IMG/VR virus record: IMGVR_UViG_3300030095_001466
Coordinates: 1-28,320 of that record
Length of the DNA stretch: 28,320 nt
Direction: 5' to 3' (one strand)
Source of the DNA: a virus
Lineage: Duplodnaviria; Caudoviricetes
Part shown: in pieces, positions 16,433 through 25,205 of the stretch
How the letters are laid out: each line of letters starts with the position of its first letter
Position numbering within the stretch: position 1 is the stretch's first letter
The notes under the pieces: generated by a model
Told to the model about the DNA's origin: nothing
The model's database searches: none
The model's input: the letters and a program-made list of their open reading frames with translations, nothing else
Translations under genes and position numbers: made by a program

Positions 16433-18701
16433 CTTCTTCTGCTTTATCTATGATTCTCTTACACCATTTGTACATAGGATCATCTTCTACCTTAGATACT
16501 TTATTGTCACCACCCCATAATGAATAAGATATATCACCACAAATTGGTTTATCTTTTTCATCTATATATTCACCAGTCACATATTCGTATGCCCTTGATA
16601 GATAAGCAAATGTTTTCTTAACAATATCTAATGACAAACCACGACCTTCAATGAGATCGTTTGCTCTGTTTTTACCGACTAAGGTTGCACAAGGATTATT
16701 AAAAGATTCGTTTATTTCTTTTGATTTCTCTGCGTTTTCTCTTGCAGACTTAGGGTAATCATCATATAATTCTTGTTTGTATTCCTCTTCCTCTTCTTCT
16801 TTGTCCTTAGATAACGCATCTTCTAATTCTTCCATATTAGCACAAGGCATATAAACCATTCCGTCTTCTGTCTCGTGTGTATGTGTAGTAGAACAACCTA
16901 TTGCCTCTGCTCTGTCTTGTGCCTCTTCTCTTGAATTATAAACCTCATCGCTAATTGATTTATCGTCTTTACTTGACATTGGATGACCTTCAGGTAATAA
17001 GTCTTGGTCGTGTTTACCACTTCTGAATTTACCGTTTCTAAGAGCATATAAAAACGAGTTAACTCTACCCATTGCCCATTGATCTTCGTTCTGTACGTTA
17101 GGTCTCACAGATGATGGGTTGGTTCTATAAGCACCTACACCTCTTTTATAGACTTGGTATAATGTTCTTACAGTAGTTCTTTTTGTTTTAGCATCGCCTA
17201 CCTTTTCATTGTGTTCTTCTACTTTATTCTTTAATGCAGTTTCTAGTCTTGCAGTCATTTGCTTCTCCTCTTGCTCTTGCATATCTTCCATCTCATCTTC
17301 TGTCATTACTTCTTCTTCTTGTTCTGCCTCTTGTACTGGGAATGTAACGTCATCGGAGATACCTAAATCTAAATCAGATATCGGTACAAACTGATTAGGT
17401 ATTAAGTATTCATTCATTATATGATTATCTTCATCTACACCGTAACCACTAGCTTCTCTCTTTTCATTTGTTGTTAGCCAATAACTCTTAGATAGGTTGT
17501 CTATCAGTTGTTGTTGCTCAGGCATCAGTTCAGGAATCGCACTATAGTCAAAGTCAAAGTATAAATCTTCACCGTAGTGTGGTACTAACCATCTATTGAA
17601 CTCATCTCTGATCTTATTAAGTTCAGGTATAATAGCGTTAGTAAACAATACTTTCCTCGCTATTCTATAATTATCGTAAGTTGTAGATTCAGTATTATTT
17701 AATAATTGTACTGGTACACCATACAGATTACATAAATCTTTTATTGTTGCATTATATGATTCTAATAATTGCAAGTCAGATGTAGATAAACCAAAATTTG
17801 TCCACGAGAACTTCTTACCAGTAATCATAATATCATTTGCAGATTTACTTCCTTGGTAGTTTCTTCTTAGTGCATCCTTTAATTGTTGAGCTTGTGTTGG
17901 TGTTAATTGATCATCGTCAGGAGTAAGCATACCTCTCGCAGACTGATTGTGTAAGAATTTAAGATTAGTTTCTACTGCTTCATTAGCAGTTGTAAGAACC
18001 CTCATCCCTGCCTCTATCGGTGATTGACCATAGAGATGTGTTCCATCACCTTGATAATCAGGATTGAAATCTGCGATATGCAAGACTTCTTCAGAAGATA
18101 ATTCATATTTATTCTTGTTGTACATCATAGTGTACTTAGATACTGGTTTGAAGATACCATCAGATTTGATCTCTATGAGGTGAGCAGGTAGGTTGTACAT
18201 CTGTGAATAGATACCTTTATTCTCTCCGTTCTCAGGTGCGATACCATAAACAAACCTATTACCAGTAAGTTTACCAAACGATATTAATTCTTGTAAGAAC
18301 ACAGAGAAAGATTGTGCAGGGTTTGGTCTTTCAAGAAGTTTACCTAGTGCAGAATGTTCTACTTCTTCGAAGATATGCTTTCTCATCAGCTTCGATTTGA
18401 ATACAGAATCTTCATTTAATCCATTAGATAGTAACCCCTTATATTCCTTAACTGCACTTTCATCTAGTTTCTGATATATTTTATATGGTACTGTGATAGC
18501 AGATTTAGATATTAACTGAATAAGTGAATAGATAGTTGGGTTAAATTTATATCCTTTATCTATGAAGTCATCGTTGTATTGTGAGTTCGTTATTTGGTTT
18601 TTACCTAGTACATCATAGATGAATCTATTGTACTGTTCATTGGTCTGCTGATTACCAAATGCCTTTATGCTATTTCTGATTCTTTGAAGAAAACTTGCCA
18701 T
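16419..18701 (-). CDS. HK97-family portal protein with ~320-aa C-terminal extension
   Basis: LLERPNP, GNRF, EVLHI, GQSPI, DLCNLYGVP..LL, TTNEKRE..GY; core ends near aa 441. Confidence 0.94.
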   Translation of the reverse strand: MASFLQRIRNSIKAFGNQQTNEQYNRFIYDVLGKNQITNSQYNDDFIDKGYKFNPTIYSLIQLISKSAITVPYKIYQKLDESAVKEYKGLLSNGLNEDSVFKSKLMRKHIFEEVEHSALGKLLERPNPAQSFSVFLQELISFGKLTGNRFVYGIAPENGENKGIYSQMYNLPAHLIEIKSDGIFKPVSKYTMMYNKNKYELSSEEVLHIADFNPDYQGDGTHLYGQSPIEAGMRVLTTANEAVETNLKFLHNQSARGMLTPDDDQLTPTQAQQLKDALRRNYQGSKSANDIMITGKKFSWTNFGLSTSDLQLLESYNATIKDLCNLYGVPVQLLNNTESTTYDNYRIARKVLFTNAIIPELNKIRDEFNRWLVPHYGEDLYFDFDYSAIPELMPEQQQLIDNLSKSYWLTTNEKREASGYGVDEDNHIMNEYLIPNQFVPISDLDLGISDDVTFPVQEAEQEEEVMTEDEMEDMQEQEEKQMTARLETALKNKVEEHNEKVGDAKTKRTTVRTLYQVYKRGVGAYRTNPSSVRPNVQNEDQWAMGRVNSFLYALRNGKFRSGKHDQDLLPEGHPMSSKDDKSISDEVYNSREEAQDRAEAIGCSTTHTHETEDGMVYMPCANMEELEDALSKDKEEEEEEYKQELYDDYPKSARENAEKSKEINESFNNPCATLVGKNRANDLIEGRGLSLDIVKKTFAYLSRAYEYVTGEYIDEKDKPICGDISYSLWGGDNKVSKVEDDPMYKWCKRIIDKAEEDATT

Positions 18702-18717
18702 ATATAGAATTTATTTT

Positions 18718-18725
18718 CAAAAATA
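18718..18725 (-). promoter_or_regulatory. Bacteroidota -7 promoter element (TATTTTTG) upstream of portal
   Basis: Exact TAnnTTTG, intergenic. Confidence 0.65.
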
Positions 18726-18735
18726 CTAAAAATTA

Positions 18736-19920
18736 TTAAACAATGATAAGGTTCGTGTCTCTAGCTAGTCCAGTAGTTACTGCATATCTGAACGCATCCA
18801 TAAGATGATCCATACCATTTTGTTTTATTTTGTTTATTGTCTGACCATCTCTGTTTGATTCCCAAATATAGAATTGATATTCCCTTAGTAGGTTTTTGCT
18901 TTGCTTAGAAGCAAACACATCGTATTCTTTTATGATCTGAATACCATTCATAACTGACCCTGCCCCCTTGATAGATGGTTTACAATATAACCCTAGTCTC
19001 TTCATATCTTCTAATGATTTAGGTTCTGCACTATCGCAAATAAATAATTCTTCTTCTAACCCTAGATTCTTTATTTCATTGAATATGTCTTGGTTGGTTA
19101 AACCTTTTTTATATAACAATTCGTGGACATACAACCTATCGTTCTTTCTTCTAACCTCTACTATAGAAGTCTCATCATTGCTATACCCCCAGTCTAATCC
19201 ATAAGATACTTCAGATGAATCTTTATCTATGAACTCTTTATAATCAATCCATTTCCAGTTATCAAATATCTGACCTTCTTTAAATGTTGCACGTTCACCT
19301 AAACCGTAAACCCTCCATCTGTCTGCATCTCTATCTTTCATTCTTAATATTTCTTTTTTGATTTCAGGATCAAGGAACGCATTATCTTCAAATGTTGTAA
19401 TGTAGGTATCGCAATCATCTCTAGTGCAGATATCAGAATATATCCAATGAATCACATCAGATGGGTTAAAGTCAAGTATCATCTTCTCGGTTGTTCTAAG
19501 TGATAACTGATTAAAGTCTTCTAGGTAGAACTCATTTGCTTCATTTAAGAAACAATGCGTACGCTTCCTACCCCTAACCTTCATCTCATTATCTAATGAT
19601 ATAAACTCTACTAAATGGTTCTTATACTTAAATGTCATCTCTGCCTTATTGATTTCTGCAAAGTATGTGATGCCTACATTATCTGCTATCTCCATAAAGT
19701 CTCTGAATACTGATCCTTTAAGTGCAGGTAATGTCTTTCTAGCTATGGTGATAACTAATCTTTTTTCTCTTGTGGTAAGCAGATAAATAAGATATTGACA
19801 GATAGCATAAGTCTTACCTGACCTACTACCACCTTGATGTACTATTATTCTTTTATCAGAATTGACTGTTTGATAGAACTGTGTGTTACATTCTACTGTT
19901 TCTTTCCTACTGGTTTCCAT
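18736..19920 (-). CDS. terL: Terminase large subunit, PBSX/SPP1-like
   Basis: GGSRSGKT Walker A, FLNEANE Walker B, DFNP, GLDWGY, CDSAEP, DHLMDAFRYA. Confidence 0.96.
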   Translation of the reverse strand: METSRKETVECNTQFYQTVNSDKRIIVHQGGSRSGKTYAICQYLIYLLTTREKRLVITIARKTLPALKGSVFRDFMEIADNVGITYFAEINKAEMTFKYKNHLVEFISLDNEMKVRGRKRTHCFLNEANEFYLEDFNQLSLRTTEKMILDFNPSDVIHWIYSDICTRDDCDTYITTFEDNAFLDPEIKKEILRMKDRDADRWRVYGLGERATFKEGQIFDNWKWIDYKEFIDKDSSEVSYGLDWGYSNDETSIVEVRRKNDRLYVHELLYKKGLTNQDIFNEIKNLGLEEELFICDSAEPKSLEDMKRLGLYCKPSIKGAGSVMNGIQIIKEYDVFASKQSKNLLREYQFYIWESNRDGQTINKIKQNGMDHLMDAFRYAVTTGLARDTNLIIV

Positions 19921-20246
19921 TCAATAAGTTTGCTTTCTATCCCTCCCTTATGCTCAAGTATTTGTTGTTCTATGTATCCTCTCTTCTTTCCTTTGGTCTT
20001 TAAATAAAATATAGTTGATGTTGGATTATCGTTTGTTATTTGATCAAACAGTTTTGATTCTACAAAATCCAATGCTACATTCTGAAGTTCATCTACCTTT
20101 TCCTTAAACTTAGAATCATTGTTATAATACTTATAGAATGTTGATCTATTGCAACCTACCTCTTTACAAGCAGATGTAACAATGCCTAAATGTTTTTCAA
20201 GAGCATTGATTAAGTTGTTTTTTAATATGTTGGTTTTCGTTGCCAT
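19893..20246 (-). CDS. terS: Terminase small subunit (HTH)
   Basis: LGIVTSAC..VG..RSTFYKY; IFYLKTKGKKRGY; directly upstream of terL. Confidence 0.82.
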   Translation of the reverse strand: MATKTNILKNNLINALEKHLGIVTSACKEVGCNRSTFYKYYNNDSKFKEKVDELQNVALDFVESKLFDQITNDNPTSTIFYLKTKGKKRGYIEQQILEHKGGIESKLIEWKPVGKKQ

Positions 20247-20250
20247 AATA

Positions 20251-20258
20251 CAAAACTA
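20251..20258 (-). promoter_or_regulatory. Bacteroidota -7 promoter element (TAGTTTTG), 4 nt before the terS ATG
   Basis: Exact TAnnTTTG whose first three bases are the upstream stop codon. Confidence 0.6.
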
Positions 20259-20540
20259 AGAATATTTTATTACGATTTGATTATACTTTAAGTTTTTACC
20301 ATCGATTCTCTGTTTATAGTAATAATATAAAAGCCATAACTGTTTGATTTGCCATTCGATCTCAGGAAGTTTTCTGTGGTATTTATCGTTTACTGGAAAC
20401 AATTCTGCTAGTGCGTAGATGCGTTTAAAACATTTAACGTCATCGTTATTATGGTATTGATGTTCTTTCGCTTTTTCTTTATAACGCAAGATAAATGTTT
20501 CAATTTCTCTTATTACTTTGGTCTTGCCCTTTGTTATCAC
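20256..20540 (-). CDS. Hypothetical protein (94 aa)
   Basis: Open frame, co-oriented; GTG start uncertain. Confidence 0.6.
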   Translation of the reverse strand: MITKGKTKVIREIETFILRYKEKAKEHQYHNNDDVKCFKRIYALAELFPVNDKYHRKLPEIEWQIKQLWLLYYYYKQRIDGKNLKYNQIVIKYS

Positions 20541-20832
20541 ATTCTAAAAGTAAAATAAATTCGTCTCTTGTAATAACTTTATTTAGATATTTATATGTTT
20601 TATTGTTGTTTATGTCGGTAAGAGAGATACATTTTTCTCTTAATTCGTGTGTTTTTATCTTTGGATTGGTAGCGATAAATATACTTTGTGAATCACATTT
20701 GTAGTAAGTCCACAGTTTTCTAACCGTATCACAAATGTTTAATGATTCACCTAGTATATTATCTTGATTGGAAATAAAAAGATATCTAGTCTTTAATTTC
20801 TTTTGTCTCTGTAACCTCTTCTGCCACATCAT
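20500..20832 (-). CDS. Hypothetical protein (~110 aa)
   Basis: Open frame filling the gap; overlaps both neighbours; start uncertain. Confidence 0.5.
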   Translation of the reverse strand: MMWQKRLQRQKKLKTRYLFISNQDNILGESLNICDTVRKLWTYYKCDSQSIFIATNPKIKTHELREKCISLTDINNNKTYKYLNKVITRDEFILLLECDNKGQDQSNKRN

Positions 20833-20983
20833 CTTGTTCTAACTCTTCAACCTTTGGAGGTTGTACACCAAACTGTTCTAATGCTTGTAACACAAGACTT
20901 GATTCAGATAATGTAAAGAGACCTGATTTGTTTCCCTTCTCACATACCTGAACTATTAATTGCAATGCTTGTTCTTTTGTCAT
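20786..20983 (-). CDS. Hypothetical protein (65 aa, acidic tail)
   Basis: AT-rich AATTATG start context. Confidence 0.7.
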   Translation of the reverse strand: MTKEQALQLIVQVCEKGNKSGLFTLSESSLVLQALEQFGVQPPKVEELEQDDVAEEVTETKEIKD

Positions 20984-20992
20984 AATTATTAT

Positions 20993-21946
20993 TTATTTAA
21001 ACCTACCAGTAATGAAATCATATTCTAAAAGTTGACTGCCTAACTTACCGTTCAACCTTTGTGATTTCATTTTAACTGTTTCAAACTCAACAAAGTTAAT
21101 ATTATTATCAAGATTATCTAATTCTCTTGCTAATAAATCACCCTTTGATAGTTTCTCTTCTAACTCTTCTTTTGTCATTCTATGTAGCAATGCCATACAG
21201 TCGACTTTATTAAAGTGCATCGTACCACCTGCAAGTGAAAATGCAGTTGCTTGTGGTATTTTACCACGTACTGGTGCAGGTGTCTTAGGGTGTTCTATGT
21301 AGCACACTATCTTATCAAAGTTCTTTGCAAACATTTTAAGGTTGGTTAAGGATACTTTTAAGTAATTATACAGATTAGTCTCACCTACATTTGATTCTAC
21401 AAGCCAGTTCATAGGGTCAATTACAAAACATTCAAAACCTTTTTTAGATAATCTTTCAAAGGTATTGAGTAACCCTGCCACCGATGGTAACTCTTCTTGG
21501 TTCTCTAAGAAAACAAAATGATCTTGTATAAAGTCTAAACCTTTATTGTATTCTTCTTCTGTACATACGTTATCGAACTCAGGGTTGACGTTCTTACCTA
21601 TGTACGCTCTAGCTAAGTTTGTTATTAGTTCATAGGTATTGGTTTCAGGTGAATACATAACTACCTTGTCATCGTAATGTTTTGCTCTTAATAGCATCGC
21701 ATAATTTATAAACTCCGACTTTCCTGACTGAGGGTAACCACTAAAACAGTATAAGAATCCTTTTCTCCAAGAGAATATACCATTTAGTTTTTCTATGTAT
21801 GACGGTTGACCTAACTCATAACCGTCTTTGAAGAAGGTATCTAGCTTATCTCTCACATCATTTACATATACCTCTTTACATTCTTTTGCATTATCGTCTC
21901 TTTTTAAGACATCATCAAAGTCAACAATCTGTAATTTTCCTTTCAT
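20993..21946 (-). CDS. SF4 (DnaB/T7 gp4/Twinkle-like) helicase without primase domain
   Basis: SGYPQSGKS Walker A, YSPE, FVIDP Walker B, IEHP, SLAGG..F.NK.D. Confidence 0.85.
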   Translation of the reverse strand: MKGKLQIVDFDDVLKRDDNAKECKEVYVNDVRDKLDTFFKDGYELGQPSYIEKLNGIFSWRKGFLYCFSGYPQSGKSEFINYAMLLRAKHYDDKVVMYSPETNTYELITNLARAYIGKNVNPEFDNVCTEEEYNKGLDFIQDHFVFLENQEELPSVAGLLNTFERLSKKGFECFVIDPMNWLVESNVGETNLYNYLKVSLTNLKMFAKNFDKIVCYIEHPKTPAPVRGKIPQATAFSLAGGTMHFNKVDCMALLHRMTKEELEEKLSKGDLLARELDNLDNNINFVEFETVKMKSQRLNGKLGSQLLEYDFITGRFK

Positions 21947-22275
21947 AGTTTTATATCATTTATCATTTCATACACTTTATTAATATCTTGTTTATGCTTT
22001 ATCAATGACTCTCTGTACTTATGCAGATGAAACATCTCACCTGCATTCACCAAGACAAGTAGCTTACAGAGTTTCTCTATGTAGCTTTTAGCGTGGTTGT
22101 AGAAAGCCTTGTCTATGTCTCTATTGTATTTGCTTCTCTTACTCGATAAGTCTGCAAATTTAAATGTAGCCTCTGCCGTCTCAAACTCGGTCATCAACTC
22201 TTCAACTTTTACTGAAACCATCGCCTCACTTTTTATTTTCTCCTTTGCGTCGTTTTTCATCTGATGTCCTTTCAT
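21943..22275 (-). CDS. Hypothetical helical protein coupled to the helicase
   Basis: ATGA overlap with the helicase start. Confidence 0.7.
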   Translation of the reverse strand: MKGHQMKNDAKEKIKSEAMVSVKVEELMTEFETAEATFKFADLSSKRSKYNRDIDKAFYNHAKSYIEKLCKLLVLVNAGEMFHLHKYRESLIKHKQDINKVYEMINDIKL

Positions 22276-22333
22276 AATTCAAAAAGATTTATTATTTTAT
22301 TATTAGTATGTCTATTAGATTAGTATATCTAAT

Positions 22334-22371
22334 TTATTTATTATACTCTCTTTAAAGAGTATAATAAATAA
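22334..22371. repeat. Perfect 16-bp inverted repeat in the divergent intergenic region
   Basis: TTATTTATTATACTCT-ctttaa-AGAGTATAATAAATAA. Confidence 0.9.
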
Positions 22372-22482
22372 TAAATATATCTATTAAGGGTCTGACTTCC
22401 TTTCTGAAGTAATATTAAATAAATTATACGATAATAAAAAGAAATATTGTAAAATAAATATTTTTATGTTACCTTAGTGGGT

Positions 22483-22674
22483 ATGTTACAAAGATTGCAA
22501 CTAGAATATAGATTAAAAGAACTTGGTATGACGAAGCTAACATTAGCTAAAAAGATGGGTATTACACCTATGACTTTACATAACAAGTTTAATGATCCTA
22601 GTTCTCTAAAAGTTAGTGAGTTAGAATCAATGGTTAAAATCGGTTTTTTAAAATCCTTAATATGTGAATTATGA
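22483..22674 (+). CDS. Cro/XRE-like HTH regulator
   Basis: LGMTKLTLAKKMGITPMTLHNK; first gene of the rightward arm; alternative GTG start at 22477. Confidence 0.82.
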   Translation: MLQRLQLEYRLKELGMTKLTLAKKMGITPMTLHNKFNDPSSLKVSELESMVKIGFLKSLICEL

Positions 22675-22862
22675 ATGATACTCAAAATCAAATAATTAGA
22701 CAATCATCTATAAAAGCATCTATTGACTTTTGGAATTTAAAGACTGGTGGTAACTGCGAAGACATAACTGAAAGTGATATAATTAAAACTGCATCACAGT
22801 TTGGTTATTGGTGTGCTAACGGTAAGGTAGCACAAAGTATTAATAATAAACTTTTAAAATAA
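22671..22862 (+). CDS. Hypothetical protein (IIRQSSIKAS motif)
   Basis: ATGA-coupled to the HTH gene. Confidence 0.7.
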   Translation: MNDTQNQIIRQSSIKASIDFWNLKTGGNCEDITESDIIKTASQFGYWCANGKVAQSINNKLLK

Positions 22863-22867
22863 ACAAT

Positions 22868-23143
22868 ATGAGTGAGACTATATATTTAGGTAGTGGTAAG
22901 ACCGTTACTGGTCAGTATGGAGAGTTCTTCAACGTGACTTTGAACCTTGATAAGATCAAGCAAAATCCTAGCGTTGTAGAAGATTATAAAGGCAATAAAT
23001 TCGTTAGGTTGAGAATATCTAAGAAAGATAAACCTGATCAATTTGGTAAAAATGTTAACGTTGTTTGGAACGATCCGAGCAAGATAAAGCGTAAGACTGA
23101 GACGCAGGCTACTTCACAAGATGATAGTGGTCTACCGTTTTAG
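22868..23143 (+). CDS. Putative single-stranded DNA-binding protein
   Basis: Beta-rich, acidic C-terminal tail DDSGLPF; next to the exonuclease. Confidence 0.65.
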   Translation: MSETIYLGSGKTVTGQYGEFFNVTLNLDKIKQNPSVVEDYKGNKFVRLRISKKDKPDQFGKNVNVVWNDPSKIKRKTETQATSQDDSGLPF

Positions 23144-23243
23144 TTTTTCATACATTTAGTTTAGTTTTATTTAGTAGCACTTGATTCATTTCTCATTGTT
23201 AGTGGTTAATAATCGGTGATGATAGTGCTACTTTTATTTAATT

Positions 23244-23384
23244 ATGATAGAATTTTTTAAACATTTTTTTGGTTTCTGTGGTGAGCATTGGCATCCTAAC
23301 GTATGGAACGCTATCGCTTTTAGTCCGATCGTATTATACGGCATCTATTATCTAAAAAATAAAATCAATAAAATCAATGATTAA
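23244..23384 (+). CDS. 46-aa membrane peptide with HxxGxCGEHWHP motif
   Basis: MIEFFKHFFGFCGEHWHPNVWNAIAFSPIVLYGIYYLKNKINKIND; overlaps the next start. Confidence 0.75.
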   Translation: MIEFFKHFFGFCGEHWHPNVWNAIAFSPIVLYGIYYLKNKINKIND

Positions 23385-24141
23385 GAAACAAGATACGAAC
23401 CAAGAATACCATTCACACGATAGCATATCTGCTAGTGGTCTTAAAACAATATATAAGAAGTCTGTATATCATTATCTAAACAGAGAACAGTTTATATCAA
23501 CACCTTCTATGAACTTTGGTAGTGCAGTTCATAGCGTCTTACTAGAACCTGAAAAGAAAGAAATACTCGCATTACCTAAGAACCTTAACCTTAGAACAAA
23601 AAAAGATAGAGAATATAAGAAACAATTAATGTCTGAAAACCGAGAGAAGATTGTGGTGTCAGGTGAGGAAAAAGAATATTTAGATCAGATAGTGCAGAAT
23701 ACTATGAACAATGAACTTGCAAATAAGTTGTTATTTACCTTAGATGAAATAGAGCATAGCTATTACGGTACGTATGAAGACGTGCCAGTCCGTATAAGAC
23801 CTGATGGTATAAAAAAGGGTAGATATATCATCGATATTAAAACGTGTCAAGACGCTTCACCTAAAGCGTTTAGAAGTGCTATCTATAACTATGCTTATCA
23901 CTTGCAAGCGTGTTTCTATTCTGAAATGTTAGGTTATGATATCTCATCATTTAGATTCATTGCTATTGAGAACAGATACCCATTTGATGTTGCAGTATAT
24001 TCTTTATCAGATGATCTTATAGAGAAGGGTAAGATAGCTTGGAGAACTGCGTTTAATATGTGGTCTAACTATATAAAAGATAATAAGGTCTCAGGGTTTT
24101 ACTGGGATGATGTAAATAAAGATGGAAGTTTAATAGTATAA
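23377..24141 (+). CDS. RecE/Exonuclease VIII-like PD-(D/E)XK nuclease (DUF3799-like)
   Basis: YH...ISASGLK, FGSAVH..LLEP, RIRPD, IIDIKT, YHLQA.FY. Confidence 0.9.
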   Translation: MIKKQDTNQEYHSHDSISASGLKTIYKKSVYHYLNREQFISTPSMNFGSAVHSVLLEPEKKEILALPKNLNLRTKKDREYKKQLMSENREKIVVSGEEKEYLDQIVQNTMNNELANKLLFTLDEIEHSYYGTYEDVPVRIRPDGIKKGRYIIDIKTCQDASPKAFRSAIYNYAYHLQACFYSEMLGYDISSFRFIAIENRYPFDVAVYSLSDDLIEKGKIAWRTAFNMWSNYIKDNKVSGFYWDDVNKDGSLIV

Positions 24142-24143
24142 TT

Positions 24144-25205
24144 ATGAATGCACTTGAATTAAGAGATAACGCAAAACAACAATTACAAGAAATCAGAACC
24201 ATTGAAACTGGTGTTGATTATTTAAATAAAGTCAAAGCAATAGAGACTTGGGCAAAAGCAGAAAAGAAAGATGCTGAATTGCAAAATATTATAGCAGAAC
24301 AAAAATTAAGAACACAAAGAATATTAGGTGGTTTATTAAAAGAATCTAATGTTAGTAAAAACACAAGCAATCAATATTTGCTTGGTTCTAAAGATAAACC
24401 AAGCACATTAACTACAATGGGTATAAGTAAAGTACAAAGTCATACTTTTCAAAAAATTGCATCATTACCTGAAGAAACATTTGAAAGGGAAATAGAAACT
24501 GCGAAAGCAGAAACAAATAAACGCATTGAACTTACAACCAGTAGAATGTTGAAAGTTGCAAAAGAATTTGAGAAATCACAAAACTTAGATAATCTTGCAG
24601 AAATAGGTAAAGATAAAATAGTTGATATTGATTTTAGATTGGGTGATTTTGAAGAAGTATTTGAAGATATAGAAGATGGTAGTATTGATTGTATAATTAC
24701 TGATCCACCTTATCCTTATGAATTTATAGATTGTTGGTCAAAACTTTCAAGATTTGCAAAAAGAGTTTTAAAGCCAAATGGTTATTGTATTGCATATTCA
24801 GGACAAATGAACCTACCTGAAGTTATAAACAGGATGAATGAAAATTTGGATTATTATTGGACATTTTGTCTACATCATATTGGAAAAACACAAATAGTAA
24901 ACGGTGTTAATATAATTTGTAGATGGAAACCTATTTTAATCTTTCAAAATGGTAGAAAAAAAAATAAAATTACAATGCAAGATTATGTTATATCGAAATT
25001 AAGAGAAAAAAACGAACACGATTGGCAACAAAATATTGATGCTTGTAGCCATCTAACTAATTTATTCACTAAATCAGGAGACAAAATTATTGATCCATTC
25101 GCAGGTTCAGGAACTTTTTTAAAATCATTTAAAGATAATCACAGGATTAGCATAGGATCAGAAATAAACGAAAAAACTTTTAATATAGCCAAGACAAAAC
25201 TTTAA
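24144..25205 (+). CDS. N4-C/N6-A DNA methyltransferase (beta class) with N-terminal helical extension
   Basis: IITDPPY precedes DPFAGSGT; ~155-aa N-terminal extension. Confidence 0.92.
   Translation: MNALELRDNAKQQLQEIRTIETGVDYLNKVKAIETWAKAEKKDAELQNIIAEQKLRTQRILGGLLKESNVSKNTSNQYLLGSKDKPSTLTTMGISKVQSHTFQKIASLPEETFEREIETAKAETNKRIELTTSRMLKVAKEFEKSQNLDNLAEIGKDKIVDIDFRLGDFEEVFEDIEDGSIDCIITDPPYPYEFIDCWSKLSRFAKRVLKPNGYCIAYSGQMNLPEVINRMNENLDYYWTFCLHHIGKTQIVNGVNIICRWKPILIFQNGRKKNKITMQDYVISKLREKNEHDWQQNIDACSHLTNLFTKSGDKIIDPFAGSGTFLKSFKDNHRISIGSEINEKTFNIAKTKL

Noticed and set aside
1890-20704. Plus-strand ORFs within the virion arm (e.g. 1890, 4833, 5540, 6297, 7019, 8109, 9782, 13003, 14316, 17209, 18968, 20495)
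   Set aside because: Antisense shadows of well-supported minus-strand genes, with no motifs.
22464-22703. Minus-strand 79-aa ORF as a CI repressor
   Set aside because: Antisense to the HTH gene and has no HTH or peptidase motif.
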